Source: SAR324 cluster bacterium
GTDB lineage: Bacteria > SAR324 > XYD2-FULL-50-16
Assembly: GCA_033791585.1 (NCBI GenBank)
Contig: JASJGK010000127.1
Location: forward strand, 1-42,120
Direction of reading: 5' to 3'
DNA length: 42,120 bases
Below are positions 17,349-26,536 of the stretch, in pieces; within the stretch, counting starts at the first letter, position 1; the number at the start of each line of letters is the position of its first letter. The notes under the pieces were generated by a model. That model was not told the origin of the DNA. It saw only the letters and a list, made by a program, of their open reading frames with translations, and searched no databases. Made by a program: the position numbers and the translations under genes.

Positions 17349-18419
17349 TTAATCCTCGTCGTCGTCCATAAATTCTAAGTCTTTCTTAGAAAGTTCAGTG
17401 GGGTTCTTCTTAGCCTCTGCGCCTTTCAGTGTAGTCTCTACAAATTTAGCATCAGCCTCAGCTGCCGCAGCATGGGTTAGGTCTGTTGGTGTCTCACCAA
17501 CAGATTCACCAATCTTCGGAGGTCTTTCCCAAACGATTGCCTCTAAATAACCATCTCGAAAGTCTTTTAGGACACGGTAAGAAGCCTGTTCTTCGTTAAC
17601 AACGCCTTGGCTTTTTAAAAAGCCATGCCTTAGGCCGATCAATTCTAAAGTAATTTCTGGGTCTAGCTCTTCTTCAATATCGTAACGCTTTCGTAAAGCC
17701 TCAGGTTTTTGTTCAATGTATTGCTTTAAAAGATGCACCGCAGTTCTGCGAGCGCCTGGAATTTCATCTTTAATACAGTGAATGGCAGTTAGGCACAGGC
17801 CATCTTCTAGGTTAGCAATCTTTGGTGGCATGATACCTGGAGTATCTAAAAGCTCCATATTCTTACCGATCACTGTCCAAAGTGTGTGTTGGGTGATCCC
17901 TGGCCTTGGCCCCGTTTTTGTGGCCTTTTTCTTTGCCAGACGGTTGATTAAGGTTGATTTACCTGTGTTGGGTAAGCCTGCTACAATCAAACGAATTGGC
18001 GGCGGGCGGATGCCTTTTCTTTTTAGGCGTTCATGCTTTGGAGCCATGATGGATTTGGCAGTCTGCTCAATGGCCTGAATGCCCTTGGCCCCTAAGGCCT
18101 CAATTGAAAGAACCGTTTCACCTTGGCTACGTAAATAGGCAATCCAATGTGCCAAGTTATCAGGGTCAGCTAAATCTGTTTTATTAAGTAGGATGACTCT
18201 GCCCTTGGCACCTAGCTCTTTTAAAAGCTCATGGTTGGTCGAGGTGAGGGGCGCCCTTGCGTCTCGGACTTCAAGGAGGATATCCACCAGTTTAATTTTT
18301 TCTCTAAACTGCTTTAGAGCCTTGGCCATATGGCCGGGGAACCAGTGAATTAGGCGTGGATTTCCCACCCCAATGTGCTTGGCGCTTTCTGGTGTAAAGT
18401 GATTTTTTAGTCGTTTCAT
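17349..18419 (-). CDS. rbgA: Ribosome biogenesis GTPase A (YlqF/RbgA), circularly permuted GTPase with a C-terminal extension
   Basis: HWFPGHMAKA, then NKTDL (G4) ahead of GLPNTGKSTLINRL (G1) and DTPG (G3). That order is the permuted YlqF arrangement. An extra acidic tail follows (...DLEFMDDDED). Confidence 0.85.
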   Translation of the reverse strand: MKRLKNHFTPESAKHIGVGNPRLIHWFPGHMAKALKQFREKIKLVDILLEVRDARAPLTSTNHELLKELGAKGRVILLNKTDLADPDNLAHWIAYLRSQGETVLSIEALGAKGIQAIEQTAKSIMAPKHERLKRKGIRPPPIRLIVAGLPNTGKSTLINRLAKKKATKTGPRPGITQHTLWTVIGKNMELLDTPGIMPPKIANLEDGLCLTAIHCIKDEIPGARRTAVHLLKQYIEQKPEALRKRYDIEEELDPEITLELIGLRHGFLKSQGVVNEEQASYRVLKDFRDGYLEAIVWERPPKIGESVGETPTDLTHAAAAEADAKFVETTLKGAEAKKNPTELSKKDLEFMDDDED

Positions 18420-18595
18420 GTTTTAAGCATAATTGGGGATTCGCACTTTGCCCATGAGAAATAAAAAAAAATCCCTATGCCTTTGCAAAATGAGGTTTGA
18501 GGTGATTTCTGAGATTGTTCTGTTGTATCTGGTTTGGTCTTGTGATAAGTTTTAAAAGATATTTATGTGTAAACGTGCTTGTATAAATTGCTGAA

Positions 18596-19069
18596 ATGAT
18601 TGAAAAAAAACTTTCAATATTACTTTTATTACTGCTTTGTTTTTCAACCGCCTTTGGTGGGGAAAAAGCAGATTTAGATCGATTGATCCATACTAACTCT
18701 TGTGTTGGTTGCGATCTTTCAGGTTTAGATATGTCGAATCTTGTTTTGCGAGGTGTGGATTTGAGTAAAGCCGATTTGCACGGGGCTATATTCAAAAAAT
18801 CCCTGCTCACAAGAGCAAATTTAAGTGAGGCAAAGTTATCTGGCGCTGATTTTAGTTTTGCTGAGGTTGGAGGTGCAAACCTTTCTAAAGCGGATTTAAG
18901 TTTTGCCAACTTTAGCGAAGCCACCTTGTTTCAGGCAGACCTTAAGGATGCCAATTTAACAGGTGCCTTGTTATTTCGAACGGATTTGCGGGGCGCTGAT
19001 TTAAACGGTGCTTTGTGGGTTGAAGGTTCCATGTGTTTAGAAGAGTCTAAAGGGCGCTGTCTATATTAG
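18596..19069 (+). CDS. Secreted pentapeptide-repeat protein
   Basis: Signal peptide, then A(D/N)LxG-type pentapeptide repeats throughout (ADLHGAIF, ANLSEAKLSGADFSFAEVGGANLSKADLSFANF...). CxGC near the N-terminus and Cx8C at the C-terminus. Confidence 0.85.
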   Translation: MIEKKLSILLLLLLCFSTAFGGEKADLDRLIHTNSCVGCDLSGLDMSNLVLRGVDLSKADLHGAIFKKSLLTRANLSEAKLSGADFSFAEVGGANLSKADLSFANFSEATLFQADLKDANLTGALLFRTDLRGADLNGALWVEGSMCLEESKGRCLY

Positions 19070-19171
19070 ACCCTGGTCTTAAAGTTAGGCTATTTATTTT
19101 ATACACTGTTTTTACTGTCGATCAATGGGTTTAAAACATTGGTTGATAGTTTATTTTTTCGGGGATGGAGA

Positions 19172-19876
19172 ATGGGTAAGCTGAATCGGCTTATTTTAAT
19201 TTTGGGATTTTTGCCAGCAAGTCTTGCTTATGGCGGTGATATAGACCGTTTGAAGGCAGATAACGCATGCAATGGTTGCCAATTGGCGCAAAGCCAATTG
19301 CAATTTACCAACCTTGCTGATGCGGAACTCCAAGGCAGCAACTTGGAAAAAGCCAATCTTGAAAGCTCAGACCTCCGTGGCGCCAACTTACGTGGCGCGA
19401 ATCTCGCCAAAGCCAACCTCGACTATTGCGACCTCAGCGGGGCTGATTTAAGTGGCGCTAATTTTGATGGGGCCAGCTTAGAAGGTGCAAACCTTGCTGG
19501 CGCAATCCTAGTCAAAACCTCCTTTAAAAAAGCACGACTTCGCCTGACCAATATGCAAGGAGTGAAGGCCGAAGGGGCAAACTTTACATCTGCCAACTTT
19601 ACCTATGCAAAAATGGAAAGGTCGGAATTTAAAGATGCGATTTTTGACGATGCTCACCTTGTTTGGGCAAAGATGGATCTGGCCGATTTGACCAATGCTC
19701 GTTTGGTTGGGGCCTTAATAGAAGAAACCACCCTAAATGGTGCTGATTTAAGGGGCGCTAGGTTGGGTGATGCTCAAATGATTATGGTGACCTATCACCA
19801 AGCCTTGCTGGTTGGTGCTCACTGGGTTGATGGCCGTTTGTGTAAAAAGGGTTCTGTTGGCTCTTGTGTGAGATGA
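19172..19876 (+). CDS. Secreted pentapeptide-repeat protein, a longer paralog of the preceding gene
   Basis: MGKLNRLILILGFLPASLAYG signal peptide with a GGAG RBS before the ATG at 19172. About 35 pentapeptide repeats. The same CxGC and C-terminal Cys pair as the neighbour. Confidence 0.85.
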   Translation: MGKLNRLILILGFLPASLAYGGDIDRLKADNACNGCQLAQSQLQFTNLADAELQGSNLEKANLESSDLRGANLRGANLAKANLDYCDLSGADLSGANFDGASLEGANLAGAILVKTSFKKARLRLTNMQGVKAEGANFTSANFTYAKMERSEFKDAIFDDAHLVWAKMDLADLTNARLVGALIEETTLNGADLRGARLGDAQMIMVTYHQALLVGAHWVDGRLCKKGSVGSCVR

Positions 19877-19913
19877 TTTTTCTAGTCTTAGCTAAAGACA
19901 ACTCAATTTAAAT

Positions 19914-20684
19914 TTACTGTTTAACTAATTGCAGCAGGTATTCCAAATTACCGCTCTTTTTCCCTTCAATAGGCGAGTCTACCTCACCAGCAACAACCAG
20001 CCCGATCTCGTGAGAAAACCGTTTGATTTCTTCAATTGCGGCAAGACGGTCTTTTTCTTTCGCAACCGTGCCACCTCGTTGCAACTTATCTGGGCCAACT
20101 TCAAATTGAGGTTTTACTAAAGCTATAATGCTACCTCCACGAGTTAAGAACTCGCACGCCTTAGGTAGAATTAATTTTAAAGAAATAAAGCTCACATCAA
20201 TAACAATTATATCTACAAAGCTACCTGTTAGCCCCAAATCAACATGACGAAAGTTTACCCCTTCTAGCGACATAACTTGCTTATGCTGACGCAATCTAAA
20301 ATGCAGTTGGTTAGTTCCTACATCCACAGCCCAGACAAAGCTGGCACCCGCTTGCAGCAAGCAATCTGTAAAACCACCAGTGCTGGCACCAACATCCAAG
20401 CAGAGTTTGTGTAAGGGGTTGATGTTAAAATGCTCTAGGGCATGCTCCACCTTCAATCCACCACGGCCAACAAAGGCCAACTGCTCGCCTTTAAGGCGGA
20501 TTTTTGCATCAACAGAAACCTTGGTCCCCGCCTTGGTAACAGGTTGGTCTTGGACCAAAACGATACCTGAGAGTAAAAAGGCTTGGGCCTTTTCCCTAGA
20601 TTCAGCCAAGCCTATTTGCACCAAAAGTTTATCAATTCTTTCTTTGGGCACTTTAGTTTGTATGCTTTCTTTTTTGGTCATCAA
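19914..20684 (-). CDS. tlyA: TlyA-family rRNA (cytidine-2'-O)-methyltransferase
   Basis: N-terminal S4-like RNA-binding region (RIDKLLVQIGLAESREKAQ) plus an FtsJ-like SAM domain (LDVGASTGGFTDCLLQ). Confidence 0.85.
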   Translation of the reverse strand: MMTKKESIQTKVPKERIDKLLVQIGLAESREKAQAFLLSGIVLVQDQPVTKAGTKVSVDAKIRLKGEQLAFVGRGGLKVEHALEHFNINPLHKLCLDVGASTGGFTDCLLQAGASFVWAVDVGTNQLHFRLRQHKQVMSLEGVNFRHVDLGLTGSFVDIIVIDVSFISLKLILPKACEFLTRGGSIIALVKPQFEVGPDKLQRGGTVAKEKDRLAAIEEIKRFSHEIGLVVAGEVDSPIEGKKSGNLEYLLQLVKQ

Positions 20685-20754
20685 CCTTTATACCTGAGTA
20701 ATATATTCAATTGAAAGACTACTGTTGCCCCTTGGGTCAGTCAAGTTTAGCGCC

Positions 20755-21960
20755 ATGATAAAAGAAAAATTTTGCCTTCTCCCCACTGGCCTCCAGGCCG
20801 CTGTAGCTAGCCTTTGCCAGACTTACCAAGAGGCGGGTTTTGAGTGTATTGTGGTCGGTGGCTCTTTGCGTGACTTGGTTTTAGGTTTGGTTCCCAAAGA
20901 CATTGACATTGCCACTAATTGCCCCATTGAAACCAGCCAAAGACTATTCCCTAAGGTAATACCCACAGGGGTCGACCATGGAACAGTTACCATTTTGCAT
21001 AAGGGCTATCCATTTGAGGTGACCCTATTCCGCAAAGACGTGAAAAATTTTGGCCGCAAGGCCGAAGTTGAATTTGGTGCCACTTGGATTGAAGACCAAG
21101 AACGTAGGGACTTAACCATCAATGCTTTAGGTTATAACCCCAGTACAGGTGAAGTCTTTGATAGCCAAGGCGCTATGGAAGACTTTAAAAATAAGGTCAT
21201 CTGTTTTGTTGGCTCGGCTTCCTCCCGCGTAAAAGAAGACCACCTACGCTATTTGAGGTTTTTGCGATTTATAACCAAGTTTAAGCCCTTGGGTTTTACT
21301 TATAATGATGCTGATCTAAACGCTGCCAAACTGGTATTTGACCCTAGCCACCTTTCTGTGGAGCGGATTTACGACGAATTCCAAAAGGTTTTTTTAATCG
21401 ACAAAATTGATGTATGCTTTTTAGTTCACGAGTTACGGGGATTTGGCCTTTTCTCAGCATTTGCGGTTGCTGGCGAAGTAGAAAGGGAAATGTTAGAAAA
21501 GCTTTTCACCTTGCGGGATTTAGTGGCCATTCCTTTTTATGCAATGGCTCACTTTAAAGGTGGGGTCAATGATTTTCGCCTGCCTAAAAAAACTTTAAAA
21601 TTAGCTTCTTTGCTTTTGGCGTTTAAGGGCCAAAACCTAAAAGATACAGTGGTTCTAAAGGCCTTTTTGGCTCAACTTAAGCCAGGTGAAGAAAAAGATG
21701 CCATCCAACCTGTAAAACAATTATTATCTGTTGCTGTGGAGGCAGAGATTTTAGCAATTTTAAAAAATAAAGAGGCTTTTCGCCTAGAAGACTTGGCCAT
21801 TAAAGCGAAAGATCTAATTGGCCTAGGTTTTTCTGGGAAAAGTATCGGAGAAGTACAGAGAAATTTATTAGAAAGAGTAAGGGAAACACCCCATATAAAT
21901 AATAAAAATGAACTGATTTCCCTTGTAAAATCATATAAAAAAAACAAGGAATCCAGTTAG
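20755..21960 (+). CDS. Polynucleotide adenylyltransferase family protein (CCA-adding enzyme / poly(A) polymerase family)
   Basis: VGGSLRDLVLGLVPKDIDIAT...RRDLTINAL is the class II nucleotidyltransferase head-domain signature. I prefer the ATG at 20755 over the TTG at 20725. Confidence 0.82.
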   Translation: MIKEKFCLLPTGLQAAVASLCQTYQEAGFECIVVGGSLRDLVLGLVPKDIDIATNCPIETSQRLFPKVIPTGVDHGTVTILHKGYPFEVTLFRKDVKNFGRKAEVEFGATWIEDQERRDLTINALGYNPSTGEVFDSQGAMEDFKNKVICFVGSASSRVKEDHLRYLRFLRFITKFKPLGFTYNDADLNAAKLVFDPSHLSVERIYDEFQKVFLIDKIDVCFLVHELRGFGLFSAFAVAGEVEREMLEKLFTLRDLVAIPFYAMAHFKGGVNDFRLPKKTLKLASLLLAFKGQNLKDTVVLKAFLAQLKPGEEKDAIQPVKQLLSVAVEAEILAILKNKEAFRLEDLAIKAKDLIGLGFSGKSIGEVQRNLLERVRETPHINNKNELISLVKSYKKNKESS

Positions 21961-22028
21961 TTCAATCTTGCCTATTAGGGTAAGGCTTGCTAGATTGTAA
22001 CTGATAGTATTTTTACTTTAGGAATTTT

Positions 22029-22655
22029 ATGCTGGAAGAATTAAAAATAGCCTCCCAGAGCTATGTTTCAATCGCTCGTCAATACGATGAACTGGTAGAC
22101 GAGTGTGCAAGTCTAGAATTTATTGCCATCAATGCTGGGATTGCCTCCAAGCAAGCAAATAACGACTCATTTTTAAAGCTGTCTAGTGAGATTCAAATCA
22201 TGTCTCTAGAAGCTACCGAATCCGCCAATAAAGGGCGTGAGCAGGCTTTTGTTTGCCTCGATGAGACGACCCAAGCTTACGGCACCTTGTTGACTATGCT
22301 CAGGTTCAATCCACTTTTTGTAAGGGCTAAGCAACAACAGGATTTAATGGCTGATTATGTTGATATTGTGGAGCAGAGGATATTAAATTTTGATATCGGC
22401 GTCCTTAAGAGAAACACAACCCAAATGTCTCGTGCCTTAGATAATTTGGTGCAACTGGTGAACATTGGAAAAACAATGGCCATCGGTGGAAAAATCAAGG
22501 CTGTTTATATTGCAGGCAGTGAAGAAAAATTTAGAATCATTACTGAGACTATGCAAGAATCCATTGAAAGACTCTTTGTCCTTTTAGAATCCATCAGCGT
22601 TGAGTTCGGTGTAATTCGAAGCCTTTTTAGTAATGTTCGTGCTGAGGAAATTTAA
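22029..22655 (+). CDS. Hypothetical all-helical protein with a degenerate MCP signalling-tip-like motif
   Basis: 208 aa. The segment LEFIAINAGIASKQANNDSFLKLSSEIQIMSLEATESA resembles the MCP hairpin tip (LLALNAAIEAARAGE.GRGFAVVA.EVR.LA) but is about 2 residues shorter and lacks the invariant residues. It ends 2 nt before the next gene. Confidence 0.45.
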   Translation: MLEELKIASQSYVSIARQYDELVDECASLEFIAINAGIASKQANNDSFLKLSSEIQIMSLEATESANKGREQAFVCLDETTQAYGTLLTMLRFNPLFVRAKQQQDLMADYVDIVEQRILNFDIGVLKRNTTQMSRALDNLVQLVNIGKTMAIGGKIKAVYIAGSEEKFRIITETMQESIERLFVLLESISVEFGVIRSLFSNVRAEEI

Positions 22656-22657
22656 AA

Positions 22658-23407
22658 ATGAAGCAGATCCATACCCTTTTTGAAAAAGATGACCATAAAT
22701 GGTCTGTTGTTCATCGTGACCCAAAAAAGCCAGAAGGGCTATTAGACACTAATGAATATGTGATTAGCTATAAAGACAAACATCTTTTGCTTGATCCAGG
22801 TGGCTTTGCTATTTTCCCAGCGGTGCTTAGCGCATTGGTGCAGATCTTAGATCCAAATGACATTGAAAATATTTTCGCTTCTCACCAAGACCCTGATATT
22901 GCCAGTAGTTTGACTCTTTGGCAGCAGATTAACCCTGATATTAAAGTCTATGTTTCTTGGCTTTGGTCTACCTTCATGCCGCACTTTGGTGGGAAGGGCG
23001 ATACCTTTATTCCTATTCCAGACGAAGGTATGGAGATCATCCATAATGGTTTGAAACTCATTGCCTTTCCTGCGCACCACATGCATTCAGCCGGTAACTT
23101 TCACCTCTACGACCCTGAGGCAAAAATTCTGTTTACCGGCGATACAGGTGCTGCATTCTTGCCTGTCGATAACAGATATTTATTTGTAGATAATTTTGAG
23201 GACCACATCCCTTTTATCGAAGGTTTCCATCGCCGTTGGTTTGGCTCAAATGGACACAAACAATCTTGGTGCGAACGAGTTCAAGAGCTTGAAATCAGCG
23301 CCCTTTGCCCACAACATGGCGCAATTTACACTGGGGACCAGATCGGGGAATTTATTGAATGGCTGAGTAAATTATCCGTTGGCAATACAAGAAATAGGGG
23401 CAAATAA
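22658..23407 (+). CDS. Metallo-beta-lactamase-fold protein, flavodiiron-core/ODP-like (putative di-iron protein)
   Basis: Motifs SHQDPD, HHMHSAGNFHLYDP, LFTGDTGAA and LCPQHG are placed like the FDP di-iron ligand motifs (HxExDH / H / D / H). There is no flavodoxin domain. Confidence 0.6.
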   Translation: MKQIHTLFEKDDHKWSVVHRDPKKPEGLLDTNEYVISYKDKHLLLDPGGFAIFPAVLSALVQILDPNDIENIFASHQDPDIASSLTLWQQINPDIKVYVSWLWSTFMPHFGGKGDTFIPIPDEGMEIIHNGLKLIAFPAHHMHSAGNFHLYDPEAKILFTGDTGAAFLPVDNRYLFVDNFEDHIPFIEGFHRRWFGSNGHKQSWCERVQELEISALCPQHGAIYTGDQIGEFIEWLSKLSVGNTRNRGK

Positions 23408-23408
23408 G

Positions 23409-24143
23409 ATGAAAAAATATGCAACTCTTTTTGAAAAAGGGGATCACAAATGGACAGTATTTTACCATGATGCCCACAAAGCAGACTACTTAATTGGCAC
23501 CAATGAGTACCTTATCCAAAACAAAGGTAAGGCTATATTGACTGATCCAGGCGGGACGGAAGTATTTCCAGAGATCATTGCTGCTGTGTCTGAAGTGGCT
23601 GATATCAACGAAATTGATCAGGTTTTTTGTTCTCACCAAGACCCAGATATTTTTTCTGCCTGTGCCTTGTGGTTTATGATGAAACCAGAATTAAAGATTC
23701 ACCTTCCTGCGATCTGGATTGGTTTTATGCTGCACTTTGGCGGTAAATTATCAAATTTTGAAGGGATCCAAGACCTTGGAACCACCATTAATTTGTCTGG
23801 ATTAGCTTTGCAGGCTTTGCCCGCTCACTATCTGCATTCTTCTGGTAACTTTCACCTCTATGACCCTATTGCTAAGGTTTTATTCACAGGTGATACAGGG
23901 GCCGCTATGACAGGTGACCCAGAAGGCTTTTTGGTTAAGGATTTTGATGCTCATATCCCCCATATGGAGGGATTCCACAAACGTTGGTTTGGTAGTAATG
24001 ACCATAAAAATCAGTGGTGTGAAACGGTTGGCGCGATGGACATTGACTTTTTATGCCCCCAACATGGGTTGGTATTTGAAGGGAAAATGGTCAAGCAATT
24101 TATCGATTGGCTTTACAACTTGAGAGTTGGTGTTCTTGAGTAG
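23409..24143 (+). CDS. Metallo-beta-lactamase-fold protein, flavodiiron-core/ODP-like, paralog of the preceding gene
   Basis: Close to half of positions are identical to 22658-23407 by eye alignment. It has the same SHQDPD, HYLHSSGNFHLYDP, LFTGDTGAA and LCPQHG motifs. The ATG at 23409 follows the upstream TAA by 1 nt. Confidence 0.6.
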   Translation: MKKYATLFEKGDHKWTVFYHDAHKADYLIGTNEYLIQNKGKAILTDPGGTEVFPEIIAAVSEVADINEIDQVFCSHQDPDIFSACALWFMMKPELKIHLPAIWIGFMLHFGGKLSNFEGIQDLGTTINLSGLALQALPAHYLHSSGNFHLYDPIAKVLFTGDTGAAMTGDPEGFLVKDFDAHIPHMEGFHKRWFGSNDHKNQWCETVGAMDIDFLCPQHGLVFEGKMVKQFIDWLYNLRVGVLE

Positions 24144-24243
24144 ATTTATTGTAACTCAAATTAAGCACTAAAAACTAAATTAATGCTAGAGGCAATGATT
24201 GGTTGGCGCTAGGATTATAATTATAGGCGAGAGACCTACAAAC

Positions 24244-24285
24244 AAAAAAACCTGCCTTAGAGGAATCTAAGGCAGGTTTTTTTTT
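24244..24285. terminator. Bidirectional rho-independent terminator
   Basis: aaaaaaa-CCTGCCTTA-gaggaatc-TAAGGCAGG-ttttttttt, located between convergent genes. Confidence 0.8.
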
Positions 24286-24385
24286 GTCGAAATTTAGCTC
24301 TACTCTAAATAGCCTTGCCATGAGGTGAAGAGTATTGCTCGTGAAATAGCTATTAGACTCTCCAATTTCTAAGAGTCAGAAGGCA

Positions 24386-26536
24386 CTAGATGTTAGTAAT
24401 CTGGTAAACCTTATGAATCACACTGGGCCTCTGGAAATCTAAAGGCATGGTTTTTTGGGTCAGGTCTTCAATCTGGTAATGACCAAGGTTGGCCTCGTCC
24501 AGTTTAAATCCCTTTTTATTGGTAGAGAAAATTAAAATTCCATCTGCCGTTAAAAGTCGGGTGGAGTTTTTGATCAATTCCACATGATCACGCTGGATAT
24601 CTAAAAAGGTATCCATGGACTTTGAATTAGAAAAGCTTGGGGGGTCTAAAAAGATCAGGTCATACTTTCCCTTACCCTTTTCCAGCCATTGCAAGCAGTC
24701 TGTTTGTTCAAATTTATGCTGCTCAGAACTCAGGCCATTTAAGATCATATTTCGCTCCGCCCAATCCAAATAGGTTTGGGAAAGATCCAAACTCAAGCTG
24801 CTTTCCGCTCCACCTTTGGTGGCGGCTACAGTGACAGAACCTGTGTAACAAAATAAATTTAAAAAGCTTTTGTCCATGGCTAGGTCTTGGATTAACTCTC
24901 TGATGTCTCGATGGTCTAAAAATAGGCCAGTATCAAGGTAGGTCGTTAAATCCACATGGAATTTTAAATTATTTTCAGCAACTACCAAGGGGTAGTCTGT
25001 TTTGCCTGCTTCATATTGCGCCTTGCCTCGTTGCTTTTTTCTGGACTTAAAAAAGATCTTTTTGGGGTCCATATCAAGGGTTGGAGCCAATAATGATAGG
25101 GCATCCAGCCTGCGCTGTCGGGTTTTTTCAGGTTCAATTTCTTCAGGCGGTTCATATTCGTAAACCACAAGATTATCTTGGTAACGATCAACGGCAAAGG
25201 CATACTGAGGTAAGTCTTTGTCATAGATACGGTAGCAATCAAGAGGGTTGTTTTTCAGCCAAGGCTTTAATTTTTTTAGGTTTTTCTTTAACCGATTGGC
25301 AAAGGCAACGGCCTCTTCGCTCGGTTCATGGTCTAACCAAAACTGTGCCTTGGGCTTAATCAATTGCTCAGGGGTGATGTCAAATCGGTAGAGATGACAT
25401 TCTAAAGGCCCATTAAAAAAGAAATGCTTTTTCTTGGCTCTTAAGCCTGTGGCACGAGCAAGCTCATCTTTTTGGGTGAATAAACCTAGGTTCCAACCTT
25501 GGAACTCTTGTTTTAGCGCGTCACCTAAATCAGCATAAAGAGGGGTTAGGTCTTGGTCTGCGCCAATGCGCTCGCCGTAAGGGGGGTTGGTTACGATAAT
25601 GCCTTTTTCTTGGTTGGCATTTACTGGCTTAACAAGGTCACGAATGGATGACTTTCTAAAGTACACCTTTCCTAGTAGGCCCATATTGGCTAAGCCTTCT
25701 TCGGCAATGCTTAAAGAGAATCCATCTGGGTCGCAGCCAAAGATAGGATAGTTTTCTTTTGCATCATTTTTCTTTGCTTCGGCAACCTTGTAGAGTTTAT
25801 CCCAAACTGCAAATTCATGGCCTGTCCAACCAGCAAAACCGGGGTGATCACGAAACAAACCAGGGGCAATGTCTGCAGCCATAAAGAGGGCTTCAATGGC
25901 GATGGTGCCGGCACCGCAGAAAGGGTCGAGTAGGCTATAACCCTGTTTGTAAAGTTCAGGCCAGCGCATTTTTGCAAGTAAGCCTGCCGCTAGGTTTTCA
26001 CGTAAAGGGGCTTGGGAGCCGCTTGCACGGTAGCCACGTTTATGTAGGCCCGTGCCAGCTAGGTCAACTTCAAAAACAGCAAGATTACCACTTAGGTTTA
26101 TGGATAGATTAAAGTCAGCCTCTCGGCCCATGCTTTCAGGTCGGTCTTTGCCTGCATCGGCAAAGGTATCTGTTATGGCATCTTTAACTCGCAACGAGGC
26201 AAATCGATTGTCTTTAATATTGCTACTTGGGGCAATGTTACTCGAGATAGTAAAGGTCTTACCCTCTTTAATCTTTTTGTGCCAAGGGATTGATTTTGCA
26301 GCCTTATAAAGCTCGTCTTCTGTGTCCACCTCAAATTCACCGAGGGGCCAGAAGCAACGGCTTGCCAATTGGGAACGTAAAATAACCGTGTAGGCGTTTT
26401 CTAGATTTAAAGGCAGGGATGCGCCTCTTCTGCATTGGCTAGCAGGCAGGCCGAAGGATTTTAATTCTTCAACTAATAGCTCTGAGATTCCCTGAGGGCA
26501 GGTAATGGTCAGTGAGGGAGGATTACTAGGCTTCAA
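24386..26536 (-). CDS. rlmL: Bifunctional 23S rRNA methyltransferase RlmKL (m2G2445 / m7G2069)
   Basis: 716 aa. THUMP-containing N-terminal methyltransferase (DPFCGAGTIAIEA, NPPYGER) fused to a second C-terminal SAM methyltransferase (LNLFCYTGS...IFLDPPSF). Confidence 0.88.
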   Translation of the reverse strand: MKPSNPPSLTITCPQGISELLVEELKSFGLPASQCRRGASLPLNLENAYTVILRSQLASRCFWPLGEFEVDTEDELYKAAKSIPWHKKIKEGKTFTISSNIAPSSNIKDNRFASLRVKDAITDTFADAGKDRPESMGREADFNLSINLSGNLAVFEVDLAGTGLHKRGYRASGSQAPLRENLAAGLLAKMRWPELYKQGYSLLDPFCGAGTIAIEALFMAADIAPGLFRDHPGFAGWTGHEFAVWDKLYKVAEAKKNDAKENYPIFGCDPDGFSLSIAEEGLANMGLLGKVYFRKSSIRDLVKPVNANQEKGIIVTNPPYGERIGADQDLTPLYADLGDALKQEFQGWNLGLFTQKDELARATGLRAKKKHFFFNGPLECHLYRFDITPEQLIKPKAQFWLDHEPSEEAVAFANRLKKNLKKLKPWLKNNPLDCYRIYDKDLPQYAFAVDRYQDNLVVYEYEPPEEIEPEKTRQRRLDALSLLAPTLDMDPKKIFFKSRKKQRGKAQYEAGKTDYPLVVAENNLKFHVDLTTYLDTGLFLDHRDIRELIQDLAMDKSFLNLFCYTGSVTVAATKGGAESSLSLDLSQTYLDWAERNMILNGLSSEQHKFEQTDCLQWLEKGKGKYDLIFLDPPSFSNSKSMDTFLDIQRDHVELIKNSTRLLTADGILIFSTNKKGFKLDEANLGHYQIEDLTQKTMPLDFQRPSVIHKVYQITNI

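Noticed and set aside
18475-18924. 149-aa minus-strand ORF with its own KSA/LKF repeats
   Set aside because: It is the mirror image of the pentapeptide-repeat gene at 18596-19069. The plus-strand ORF has a signal peptide and canonical pentapeptide periodicity; this one has no start context.
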